Shown: positions 24,279 through 33,312 of the stretch, in pieces
How positions within the stretch are numbered: position 1 is the first letter of the stretch
Layout: each line of letters begins with the position of its first letter
Virus record (IMG/VR): IMGVR_UViG_3300033146_000595
Span: 1-54,814 of that record
Origin: a virus
Taxonomy: Duplodnaviria; Caudoviricetes
DNA length: 54,814 nt
Strand: one strand, 5' to 3'
Notes under the pieces: model-generated
Seen by the model: the letters and a program-made list of their open reading frames with translations, nothing else
Databases searched by the model: none
Told to the model about the DNA's origin: nothing
Position numbers and translations under genes: made by a program

Positions 24279-27238
24279 GTCATGACATAAATGATTTAAC
24301 TGATGAAGAATACTTACTTCACTATGGTACTCCCAGACATTCGGGTAGATATCCTTGGGGTAGTGGTGAAGAACCATTCCAAAGAAGTGGTGATTTTTTA
24401 AGTAGAATAGACGACCTAAAAAAACAAGGTATGACCCCAACACAAATAGGCGAATCATTGGGTATTAAAACAACTCGTCTTAGAGCATTGGAGACAATAG
24501 CAAAGAATATTAGAAGAAAAGATCTATATTCCAAAGCTAAAACACTAAAGGAAGAAGGATTTAGTAATGTTCAAATTGCTGATAGACTCGGTCTTCGTGG
24601 GGAATCATCTGTTAGATCGTTATTAAACGCCGACTCATTGGCTAGGATGGCGATAGCAGATGACTTAACAAACACATTACGTGAATTAATTGACACGCGT
24701 GGTATGATTGATATTGGTGCTGGTGTACCTAGACAATTGGGTGTATCTAAAGAAAAAATGGATGTTGCCATAGAGATGTTAAAAAATGAAGGTTATGTGG
24801 TACATGGGAACAGAGTCCCACAAGTTACAAACATTGGTAAACTAACAACACTAAAAGTTATATGTCCTCCAGGCACACCATCATCCGCTATATATAATTA
24901 CGGGGATATTAAATCGGTATATGATGTGACATCATTCGATGGTGGTAAAACATTAAAACCAGCGTTTCGATATCCCGCTAGTCTAGATTCAAACAGGATA
25001 CAAATTAGATATGCAGAAGAAGGCGGTACTGAAAAAGATGGGGTTATAGAGTTAAGAAGAGGTGTGGATGATATTTCATTAGGCACATCAAACTATTCAC
25101 AGGTGCGTATATTAGTTGATGGAACACATTATTTAAAAGGTATGGCCGTTTATTCGGATAACATGCCAGATGGTGTAGATGTTATATTTAACACTAATAA
25201 AAAATCAAATGTTTCTAAAATGGACACTATGAAAAAAATAAAAGATGACCCATTGAATCCATTCGGTTCCACTATTAAAGAAAGAGGTGGACAATCAGAA
25301 TGGACTGATGAAAATGGTGTTGTGAGGTTGACCGTAATAAATAAGAGATCTGATGAAGGTGATTGGGGTAATTGGTCAAGGGAGATATCGGCTCAATTTC
25401 TATCAAAACAACCACAAAAGTTAATAGATAGACAGATTGATATTTCAATAAAAGCGAAAGTAGCCGAATTTGATGAAATTATGTCACTAACAAACCCAAC
25501 GGTCAAGAAAGCGTTATTAGAATCGTTCGCTGACGAATGTGACGCAGCCGCGGTTAGTTTGAAAGCTGCTGGATTACCAGGAGCTATGTATAAAGTTATA
25601 TTACCAGTGACATCACTAAAGGATAACGAAGTATATGCACCCCATCTAGATGATGGTTCCATGGTCGCACTAGTTAGGTATCCTCATGGTGGTACATTTG
25701 AGATACCAACACTAACGGTTAATAATAGGAACAAAGAGGCTATTAACATAATGACAAAAAACGCAACCGACGCGATAGGTATTAACGCGGTCGTAGCTGA
25801 TATTATGTCAGGAGCAGACTTTGATGGTGATACCGTAATGGTAATACCAATGAGTGATAGAATAAAAATTAAATCACAAAACCCACTAAAGGATTTAAAA
25901 GGGTTTGATACCATATTAGCATATGGACCAGATGAAACACACGTTGATTCTGATGGTAATGAGAGATACTATAGAGGTGGGAAAGAGTTTGCAATACTAA
26001 GTGAAACAAACACCCAAAATCAAATGGGTATCATATCAAATTTAATTACAGATATGACGTTACTTGGGGCTCCCAATGATGAATTAGCTAGAGCAGTTAA
26101 ACATTCAATGGTTATCATAGATGCTAATAAACATGGACTAGACTATAAGCAGTCTGAAGCAGATAATGGTATAAAGGCATTACATAAGAAGTACCAGACA
26201 CAAGTCGGTCCATCGGGTAAGATACATGGTGGAGCAGCTACATTAATATCTAAATCTAAGTCAAAAGCACCAGTTGGTGAAAGAAAGTTGGGTATGTATG
26301 TACATAAAGACACACTCAACGAACTAACACTGTTTGATGCTGATAATAAAATCTATTTAGATGAGAAGACTGGTCGTTTCTATACCGATAAAGAAAAGAG
26401 AACCATATACATTGATCGAAAGACTGGTGAGAAGCTATATACGTACACTAATCGGGAGTATATGCAGACGGCATATAAGAATGCTGCTGGAAAAACAAAA
26501 AAAGCATCGGTTATAGTTAAGGATGAGAAACTTTATTACAAAGGTGAAGATGGTACGTATAAAGAGATCACGAATGAAATAATTAAATCGATACCCGCCC
26601 TCACGTACTCAAAGAAGATGGCCGAAACCAACGATGCACACACACTATCATCAGGTACACCACAAGAAGAGGCTTATGCTGAGTATGCCAATCAACTTAA
26701 AGCACTTGGTAACCTTGCTAGACTTGAAACATTAACTATCACTAGTACACCTATGTCTAAGTCCGCTAAGGCGGCATACATAGAAGAGTATAAAACCCTT
26801 GTATTTAAGATAGATGAGGCATTACTCAATGCTCCAAGAGAAAGACAAGCACAAACAATGGCCGCATCAATTGTGCAATTGAGAAAACAAGAGAATCTTC
26901 GCATGACTCATGAGGAAGAGAGAAAGATTAGACAACAAGAGCTAAGTAGGGCCCGTATGCGTGCTGGTGCATCAAGAAAGATGATAGAAATCACACAAAA
27001 TGAATGGAATGCTATACAAGCGGGTGCTATAAGTACTCATAGATTAAAACAAATTATTGCTAATGCAAACATGGACATACTTAGACAGTTCGCAATGCCT
27101 AGAGCAAGATTAACATTGAGTCCTGCAAAACTAAGAAGAATAGAGAACATGTCGAGGTCTGGTTATACTACGGCCGAGATAGCTAAAGCATTAGGTGTAT
27201 CAGTTAGTACTGTATCTAAGACATTGAGAGGAGAATAA
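24275..27238 (+). CDS. Single-subunit two-barrel RNA polymerase (YonO/RdRP-like) with terminal HTH domains
   Basis: GADFDGD (25811-25831), VRYP, QVR..GTHYLKG, MGIISNL, LARAVKHSMVIIDANKHG in the order found in QDE-1-type RdRPs; HTHs at both ends. Confidence 0.8.
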   Translation: MSHDINDLTDEEYLLHYGTPRHSGRYPWGSGEEPFQRSGDFLSRIDDLKKQGMTPTQIGESLGIKTTRLRALETIAKNIRRKDLYSKAKTLKEEGFSNVQIADRLGLRGESSVRSLLNADSLARMAIADDLTNTLRELIDTRGMIDIGAGVPRQLGVSKEKMDVAIEMLKNEGYVVHGNRVPQVTNIGKLTTLKVICPPGTPSSAIYNYGDIKSVYDVTSFDGGKTLKPAFRYPASLDSNRIQIRYAEEGGTEKDGVIELRRGVDDISLGTSNYSQVRILVDGTHYLKGMAVYSDNMPDGVDVIFNTNKKSNVSKMDTMKKIKDDPLNPFGSTIKERGGQSEWTDENGVVRLTVINKRSDEGDWGNWSREISAQFLSKQPQKLIDRQIDISIKAKVAEFDEIMSLTNPTVKKALLESFADECDAAAVSLKAAGLPGAMYKVILPVTSLKDNEVYAPHLDDGSMVALVRYPHGGTFEIPTLTVNNRNKEAINIMTKNATDAIGINAVVADIMSGADFDGDTVMVIPMSDRIKIKSQNPLKDLKGFDTILAYGPDETHVDSDGNERYYRGGKEFAILSETNTQNQMGIISNLITDMTLLGAPNDELARAVKHSMVIIDANKHGLDYKQSEADNGIKALHKKYQTQVGPSGKIHGGAATLISKSKSKAPVGERKLGMYVHKDTLNELTLFDADNKIYLDEKTGRFYTDKEKRTIYIDRKTGEKLYTYTNREYMQTAYKNAAGKTKKASVIVKDEKLYYKGEDGTYKEITNEIIKSIPALTYSKKMAETNDAHTLSSGTPQEEAYAEYANQLKALGNLARLETLTITSTPMSKSAKAAYIEEYKTLVFKIDEALLNAPRERQAQTMAASIVQLRKQENLRMTHEEERKIRQQELSRARMRAGASRKMIEITQNEWNAIQAGAISTHRLKQIIANANMDILRQFAMPRARLTLSPAKLRRIENMSRSGYTTAEIAKALGVSVSTVSKTLRGE

Positions 27239-27239
27239 G

Positions 27240-27524
27240 ATGATGAATACTAATAAAGCATTACGCCTTACAACAGTAGACAACCCTTATGATCCATTTA
27301 CTCATTGGAAAGAATGGCTGCTATTTGATACAAATGCAGGATACCATACCTGTTCTAGATTGGCAAGAGTCACGTACATTAGTGATGCGTTCACTGAACC
27401 AGAGATATATGAACGTATTGAAGAAGGAATGGACGTGTTGATCACTACTGGGTCTCTGTCTAAAGATGGATCCCTAATAGAATACAAAAAGGTAATAAAA
27501 GAAACCAACATTGCTAAACAATAG
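27240..27524 (+). CDS. Conserved hypothetical protein downstream of the RNAP
   Basis: LTTVDNPYDPF...W..FD...GYHT...LAR motif. Confidence 0.75.
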   Translation: MMNTNKALRLTTVDNPYDPFTHWKEWLLFDTNAGYHTCSRLARVTYISDAFTEPEIYERIEEGMDVLITTGSLSKDGSLIEYKKVIKETNIAKQ

Positions 27525-27660
27525 TTTAGTTAAACAAACGAAATAAACAATAAGATACACAAATTGGTACACAATTAGATCAAAAGACACATCAAACTGT
27601 GTTAAACAGTCAATGATTGTCACACAATACAATGATGTGCTGTTGGACGCACATGTCTGG

Positions 27661-27740
27661 CACCCGTAGGGGGGTCTCTCAAAATATACACCCCCCTCAG
27701 CATCGCCCCGCTCTTAAAAATTCCTCCGGGGGTAAAATTT
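27661..27740. other. Putative cos site / physical genome end
   Basis: GC-rich island (gggggg...cccccc...catcgccccgctct aaaaa ttcctccggggg) between the last early gene and the TerS-like/HNH genes. Confidence 0.55.
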
Positions 27741-27753
27741 GGGTAGGGTTTTA

Positions 27754-27885
27754 CTTTAAGTATCTAGTCAGGTGCATGGGCATTTGACATTATAAAGGAT
27801 TTTCTTCTTTCTAAGTTCTCCTTTCCTTCTAAAATCTATTAAGATAGTGCGCAGATGTTCTGTGTATCTGACTAGATACTTAAAG
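27754..27885 (+). ncRNA. Long RNA hairpin with anti-Shine-Dalgarno apical loop
   Basis: 18-bp perfect basal stem extended by pairs whose mismatches are G-U on the + strand; pyrimidine loop contains ttctccttt. Confidence 0.6.
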
Positions 27886-27910
27886 AAACTATACCGAAAG
27901 GAGGGGTATC

Positions 27911-28270
27911 ATGCCTCAAAGTAAGAGACAAGGAAGTGCGGTTAAAAGTAGCAATGCTATTAAGACCATGCGTCCAGCGTTAACACCAGAGGCTGATGAA
28001 CAACAACTTATTTCGTTAGCCACAGATGTTGCTAGGGAACAATTGTTGAATGGAACAGCCTCTTCTCAAGTGTTAACACACTTCTTAGTTTTAGGGTCTA
28101 GTAAAAAAAGACTCGAGAGTGAGATTATGGAATTACAAAAAGATTTATTAGTTGCTAAGACAGAAGCCATACGATCTACAAAAACGATTGAAGAATTATA
28201 CAGCAAAGCTATTCAAGCAATGCGAGTGTACTCTGGGCATGATGATGGTGGGGATGAATATGAGAAATAA
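27911..28270 (+). CDS. Putative terminase small subunit
   Basis: First gene after the putative cos, before HNH; RPALTPEA.EQQLISLA...GTASSQVLTHFL; call is mostly positional. Confidence 0.5.
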   Translation: MPQSKRQGSAVKSSNAIKTMRPALTPEADEQQLISLATDVAREQLLNGTASSQVLTHFLVLGSSKKRLESEIMELQKDLLVAKTEAIRSTKTIEELYSKAIQAMRVYSGHDDGGDEYEK

Positions 28271-28685
28271 CATTAAAACATACTCCGACCTAATGCAATT
28301 AGAAACGTATGAGGAAAAATTTGACTACTTAACATTAAATGGTGCTGTCGGAGAAGACACGTTCGGTTTTGATAGGTATTTAAATCAACAACTTTATAAA
28401 TCAAAAGAATGGAAGATGGTAAGAGACATCGTTATAATGAGAGACAATGGGTGTGATCTTGGATGTGATGGATATGACATTTTTGGAACGATATACGTAC
28501 ATCATATGAATCCTCTATCACCTGATGATTTTACGAACTCGTCGGAATACTTACTAAATCCAGAATATTTAATATGTGTGACATTGGATACACATAATGC
28601 AATTCATTACGGAACGAATGATTACGTAAATAAAAATAGGATAGTGACAAGGGAAGCTAATGATCACTGTCCTTGGAGAAACTAA
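28260..28685 (+). CDS. HNH endonuclease (packaging-associated) (start moved to ATG 28260)
   Basis: RDNGCDLG...VHHMNP...LICV...THNAIH. Confidence 0.85.
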   Translation: MRNNIKTYSDLMQLETYEEKFDYLTLNGAVGEDTFGFDRYLNQQLYKSKEWKMVRDIVIMRDNGCDLGCDGYDIFGTIYVHHMNPLSPDDFTNSSEYLLNPEYLICVTLDTHNAIHYGTNDYVNKNRIVTREANDHCPWRN

Positions 28686-28702
28686 AAAAAGGAGAAATTA
28701 AA

Positions 28703-29137
28703 ATGGAACTAGATAATAATGTATTAAAAGAAGAAGTAAAAGAAGAAATAAAAGAAGAAATAAAAGAAGAAATAAAAGAAGAAATAAAAGAGAAAAAAAC
28801 AGCGGTGGTTAAAAAACCGGAGCCTAAGAAAAAACCAGCTCCTAAGAAAAAACCAGCACCTAAGAAAAAAGTAGTAAGGGAAAAACAACCACATGAGGAT
28901 GTTGTCCCAATTAAACCCGTTACACCAAAAAAACTAGGTGTGAAGACTGGCCATGTCACTAATTGTAATGCTTTAAGATTACGAGAAGGGGCTAATATTA
29001 GAACTAGTATATTGGCAACTATGCCAAAAGACTCAAAAGTGGAAGTTAATCTGGATAACTCAACGGAATCTTTTTATGAAGTAGTATATAAAGATTTGAT
29101 CGGATTTTGTGTTAAAAAGTTTATTGACATAGGTTAA
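28703..29137 (+). CDS. SH3b-domain protein with low-complexity N-terminus (start moved to ATG 28703)
   Basis: (KEEI)n and (PKKKPA)n repeats, then GHVTNCNALRLRE...FYEV...GFCVKKFI. Confidence 0.7.
   Translation: MELDNNVLKEEVKEEIKEEIKEEIKEEIKEKKTAVVKKPEPKKKPAPKKKPAPKKKVVREKQPHEDVVPIKPVTPKKLGVKTGHVTNCNALRLREGANIRTSILATMPKDSKVEVNLDNSTESFYEVVYKDLIGFCVKKFIDIG
28726..28870 (+). repeat. 12-bp and 18-bp coding tandem repeats
   Basis: aaagaagaaata x~5; cctaagaaaaaaccagc x2-3. Confidence 0.85.
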
Positions 29138-29142
29138 TAAAC

Positions 29143-29535
29143 ATGGCTTCTATATTAAATTCAGCGACCGACTCAATACTAGAACAGGTAAAAAAAATAT
29201 TGGGATTGGCCAGGGAATATACCTCATTTGACATCGATATTGCAATACATATTAATTCAGTGTTTAGTAACCTGACTCAAATGGGCGTTGGTCCGGAGGA
29301 TGGGTTTACTATAGATGGATATGACCAATGTTGGTCAGACTTCACCACATCAAATATATTAAAAACACAACAAATCAAATCATATTTACCATTAAAGGTT
29401 AGATCAATATTTGATCCACCACAAAACGCCAATGTGTTAAAAGCGATGAATGATTCCATCGCCGAATTAGAACATAGGCTTTTTATTGAGGAAGAAAATA
29501 GTAGATATGTCGAATCCGTTGTGGAGGAGGAATAA
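29143..29535 (+). CDS. Putative head-tail connector/adaptor
   Basis: SILEQVKKILG...FDIDI.IHINSVFS.LTQMGVGP...FDPP...ELE.RL. Confidence 0.6.
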   Translation: MASILNSATDSILEQVKKILGLAREYTSFDIDIAIHINSVFSNLTQMGVGPEDGFTIDGYDQCWSDFTTSNILKTQQIKSYLPLKVRSIFDPPQNANVLKAMNDSIAELEHRLFIEEENSRYVESVVEEE

Positions 29536-29536
29536 C

Positions 29537-30070
29537 ATGATAAAAAAACATTTATCTCATCATGGAATCAAAGGGCAAAGATGGGGAGTAAGGCGTTATC
29601 AGAATCCCGATGGGTCGTTGACCGCATTGGGACAAAAGAAGTATAATACTGATAAGGACTATGACTCGAGATATAACAAAGCGTCTAGTGACGCACTTAC
29701 TAGAGACTATAAAGAAAGAGACGCGGCCGCAGCAAAAGCAATTATAACCGGTACTGGAAAAGCAGCCACACAAACATCTGTCGCTATAGGTAACTCTGGT
29801 AAAAACAAATCTAAAGTTATAAATACTAAAAATTATGGTAAAATTTCAGATAATGATTTGCGGGCTAGGATAAATCGCATTAATATGGAAAATACATATG
29901 GTGAATTAACCGGTGATGCAAAAAGAGTTAGGACTGGTTCGGATTGGACTAGAGAAATATTACAAACCACTGGAGCTGTTATTGGTGTAGCTGGTACCGC
30001 AGCTGGTATAGCATTAACGATTGCCCAAATTAGAAACAAACAAGTTCCAAAAGCCAAAGGAGGCCCATAA
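29537..30070 (+). CDS. HHGIKGQxWGVRR-motif basic protein 1 (putative internal head protein)
   Basis: MIKKHLSHHGIKGQRWGVRRYQNPDGSLT; ggaggagg RBS; start moved to 29537. Confidence 0.75.
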   Translation: MIKKHLSHHGIKGQRWGVRRYQNPDGSLTALGQKKYNTDKDYDSRYNKASSDALTRDYKERDAAAAKAIITGTGKAATQTSVAIGNSGKNKSKVINTKNYGKISDNDLRARINRINMENTYGELTGDAKRVRTGSDWTREILQTTGAVIGVAGTAAGIALTIAQIRNKQVPKAKGGP

Positions 30071-30074
30071 CACC

Positions 30075-30557
30075 ATGGTAAAAAAATATTTATCACACCA
30101 TGGAATAAAAGGGCAAAAATGGGGAGTAAGAAGGTATCAAAATAATGATGGATCGTTAACGGCACAGGGTAGAAGAAAGTATAACGTTAATGATGATGGT
30201 ACCACGCAAATGAAAAAAAGTTATAAGAATAAACAACGCGCTATAGGCGCTGTTAAAACCCTTGTTGGTACATCCGTTGTATTAAGGGGTGGTTTAGGAA
30301 TAAGTAATGCAAAAAGAGCGAATCTCGGAACCAGATCTAATAGGAGATTTTTACAAACTGGTAATATTAATCGTAGCGTGACCAATATGTTAATTGGGTC
30401 TATAGTTGTGGGAGCCGGGGTAAAAAACTTTATTAATTCGGTGAAGGATCAAACATTCAATTCAACTGGTATGGGGGCAACTCCTGAATATTTCGAAGGT
30501 AAACCCAAAACCAGAAAACAAGTAATAGCTCAAGAAAAAAGAAATAAAGGTAAGTAG
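30075..30557 (+). CDS. HHGIKGQxWGVRR-motif basic protein 2
   Basis: MVKKYLSHHGIKGQKWGVRRYQNNDGSLT; start moved to 30075. Confidence 0.75.
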   Translation: MVKKYLSHHGIKGQKWGVRRYQNNDGSLTAQGRRKYNVNDDGTTQMKKSYKNKQRAIGAVKTLVGTSVVLRGGLGISNAKRANLGTRSNRRFLQTGNINRSVTNMLIGSIVVGAGVKNFINSVKDQTFNSTGMGATPEYFEGKPKTRKQVIAQEKRNKGK

Positions 30558-30567
30558 GTGATTAATT

Positions 30568-32313
30568 ATGGCGTTATCTAATACTGCAACACCTATATAT
30601 TATGGTGAGTTTAGAGAAGCCGTAGTTAGAGGTGATATACCAGTATGTAGAGAAATCTCTATGGAGATGAATCGAATTGATGATTTAATCAAAAATCCAG
30701 GTATATACTATGATGATTTAGCAATAAACGGTTTTATCGAATATTGTGAAAAAGAATTAACCCTTACCGATGGATCTGATTTAAAAATGTTAGACACGTT
30801 TAAGTTGTGGTCAGAACAAGTATTAAGTTGGTTTTATTATGTGGAACGGAGTATATATGTAAAAGATGAAAGTGATAAACACGGCCACTATATAAAAAAG
30901 ATGATAAAGAAAAGATTGATTAACAAGCAATACTTAATAGTATCAAGGGGTGCCGCGAAGTCGATGTACGCATCAGTACTTCAAAGCTATTTTTTAAACA
31001 TAGACCCTAGTACGACATATCAAATAACCACTGCTCCAACCATGAAGCAGGCTGATGAAGTAATGTCTCCGATAAAAACAGCGATAACGAGAGCCAAAGG
31101 CCCTTTATTTCAGTTTTTAACAGAAGGATCTTTGCAGAACACAACTGGTTCAAAAGCTAATAGAGTTAAACTAGCCTCTACTAAAAGGGGTATCGAAAAC
31201 TTCCTTACTGGTTCTATCTTAGAGATAAGACCTATGAAGATTGACAAATTACAAGGATTAAGATGTAAAGTCGCTTCTATTGATGAGTGGTTATCGGGCG
31301 ATGTTAGAGAAGATGTTGTTGGAGCAATTGAACAAGGTGCTTCTAAAGTTGATGACTATTTGATAATAGCCGTATCATCTGAGGGTACTGTTCGTAATGG
31401 TTCTGGAGATACTATAAAGATGGAATTATTAGACATTCTAAAAGGGGAGTATGTTAACCCCCATGTTTCAATATTTTACTACAGATTGGATAGCGTTGAG
31501 GAAGTTGGAAACCCTGATATGTGGATTAAAGCTAATCCTAATTTAGGTAAAACAGTTTCTTACGAAACTTATCAATTGGATGTAGAAAGAGCTGAAAAAG
31601 CTCCCGCTGTTAGAAATGACATCTTGGCAAAAAGGTTTGGGATACCGATGGAGGGGTTTACTTATTACTTTACGTATGAGGAAACACTACCGCATCCTAA
31701 AAAGTCTTTTTGGGGGTTACCATGTGCACTTGGTGTGGATTTATCTCAAGGGGATGACTTCTGTGCATTCACATTCCTGTTCCCACTTCAAAATGGTGAA
31801 TTTGGTGTGAAAACTAGAAGTTACATAACAGACTTTACTTTATTAAAGTTGCCAACGGCAATGCGTTTTAAGTATGACGAATTCATGAGAGAAGGGTCGC
31901 TCGTTGTGCACGAAGGTGCTATACTCGATATGATCCAAGTCTATGAGGATTTAGACGAACATATAATAAAAGAAGAGTATGATGTAAGATGTCTTGGGTT
32001 TGACCCATATAACGCAAAAGATTTTATCGAAAGATGGCAATTAGAAAACGGTCCTTATGGGATTGTTAAAGTAATACAAGGAGCAAAAAGCGAATCGGTT
32101 CCTTTAGGAGAATTGAAAAATTTAGCAGAGGAAAGATTATTATTATTTGATGAAGACTTAATGACGTTTGCTATGGGTAACGCTATAACATTAGAAGACA
32201 CTAATGGGAATAGAAAACTTTATAAAAAACGTAGAGAAGCAAAGATTGACAATGTCGCAGCTTTAATGGACGCGTTCATTGCATATAAATTAAATAAGGA
32301 GGCGTTCGAATGA
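30568..32313 (+). CDS. terL: Terminase large subunit
   Basis: Walker A VSRGAAKS, Walker B ASIDE, coupling SSEG, nuclease GVDLS, FDPYN, KIDNVAALMDA. Confidence 0.92.
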   Translation: MALSNTATPIYYGEFREAVVRGDIPVCREISMEMNRIDDLIKNPGIYYDDLAINGFIEYCEKELTLTDGSDLKMLDTFKLWSEQVLSWFYYVERSIYVKDESDKHGHYIKKMIKKRLINKQYLIVSRGAAKSMYASVLQSYFLNIDPSTTYQITTAPTMKQADEVMSPIKTAITRAKGPLFQFLTEGSLQNTTGSKANRVKLASTKRGIENFLTGSILEIRPMKIDKLQGLRCKVASIDEWLSGDVREDVVGAIEQGASKVDDYLIIAVSSEGTVRNGSGDTIKMELLDILKGEYVNPHVSIFYYRLDSVEEVGNPDMWIKANPNLGKTVSYETYQLDVERAEKAPAVRNDILAKRFGIPMEGFTYYFTYEETLPHPKKSFWGLPCALGVDLSQGDDFCAFTFLFPLQNGEFGVKTRSYITDFTLLKLPTAMRFKYDEFMREGSLVVHEGAILDMIQVYEDLDEHIIKEEYDVRCLGFDPYNAKDFIERWQLENGPYGIVKVIQGAKSESVPLGELKNLAEERLLLFDEDLMTFAMGNAITLEDTNGNRKLYKKRREAKIDNVAALMDAFIAYKLNKEAFE

Positions 32314-32314
32314 T

Positions 32315-32833
32315 ATGAATAAAAAATATTTAATTCATCGCATTAGAAGCGATACGGATGATGTTTTAATTCATTACGGTACCAAAGGACAAAAATGGGG
32401 TATTAGAAGATATCAGAATCCCGATGGGTCTTTAACATCTGCTGGAACTCGTAGATATGGTACTGTTGAAAACATGGATCGAACAAGGTCTAGAAATCAA
32501 AGAGTAGCAATTGGTGTCGGGGTGACGACGGCCGTTGTTGCTGGGACCATCATTGCTCGTAAAAATCGTAGTTTAAAAAAAAGAATAAGAGTGAATGATG
32601 CGGCAGATGCTGCTAGAAAATCTAAGCAAAAAGCCACAAACGCTAAGAGAGCTGCTACAATAGCAAAAAAGAAAGCTAATGGAACTTGGAGGACTGCTAC
32701 CAAAATATCGATCCCAAAAGGCTCAGATGTTAAAATAACTAAGTATAGTAGTACTCTTGCTGGAACCCCATCCAATATTGTCAAAAGTGTATCTTATTAT
32801 TTAAACGTTTTTGGTGGTACTCTTAAACCATGA
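32315..32833 (+). CDS. HYGTKGQKWG-motif basic protein 3
   Basis: DVLIHYGTKGQKWGIRRYQNPDGSLT. Confidence 0.75.
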   Translation: MNKKYLIHRIRSDTDDVLIHYGTKGQKWGIRRYQNPDGSLTSAGTRRYGTVENMDRTRSRNQRVAIGVGVTTAVVAGTIIARKNRSLKKRIRVNDAADAARKSKQKATNAKRAATIAKKKANGTWRTATKISIPKGSDVKITKYSSTLAGTPSNIVKSVSYYLNVFGGTLKP

Positions 32834-33309
32834 TAAAAAAACATTTATCTCATCATGGAATTTTAGGGCAAAAATGGGGAGTAAGGCGTTATCAGAATCC
32901 CGACGGATCGTTGACCACTAGAGGCGTCAAACGTTATCAGCGATTGGACCAAAAGTGGATTAATAAAAAGTCCGATAGGGTGTATGATAAAGCCATGAAA
33001 GATTCGAAACCGGAAATGAAAGCCTATGTAAAAGAACTACGAACAAAGGCTCCAAATGCTGGTAAAAGAACCATATTTAATATGTATAATAAAAAATTGG
33101 CATCGGTGATGAGAACCAAAACAAAAGACATTAGGTCACCATCTGGTAAAGTAATAGAATGGGTTGCCAAAAGAGGAACCGTTGGGGTTCATATGGCGTT
33201 GGCAGACCAGGGTTACGATATTAATAAATTAAAAAACGGTGTATGGGCTGATGGAAGAATCGCCTATAGAAAAAATCTAGTAGACATGCAAGAACAGAAA
33301 GGTGGTTAA
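32830..33309 (+). CDS. HHGILGQKWG-motif basic protein 4
   Basis: MIKKHLSHHGILGQKWGVRRYQNPDGSLT; 5' end nearly identical in DNA to 29537. Confidence 0.75.
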   Translation: MIKKHLSHHGILGQKWGVRRYQNPDGSLTTRGVKRYQRLDQKWINKKSDRVYDKAMKDSKPEMKAYVKELRTKAPNAGKRTIFNMYNKKLASVMRTKTKDIRSPSGKVIEWVAKRGTVGVHMALADQGYDINKLKNGVWADGRIAYRKNLVDMQEQKGG

Positions 33310-33312
33310 GCC

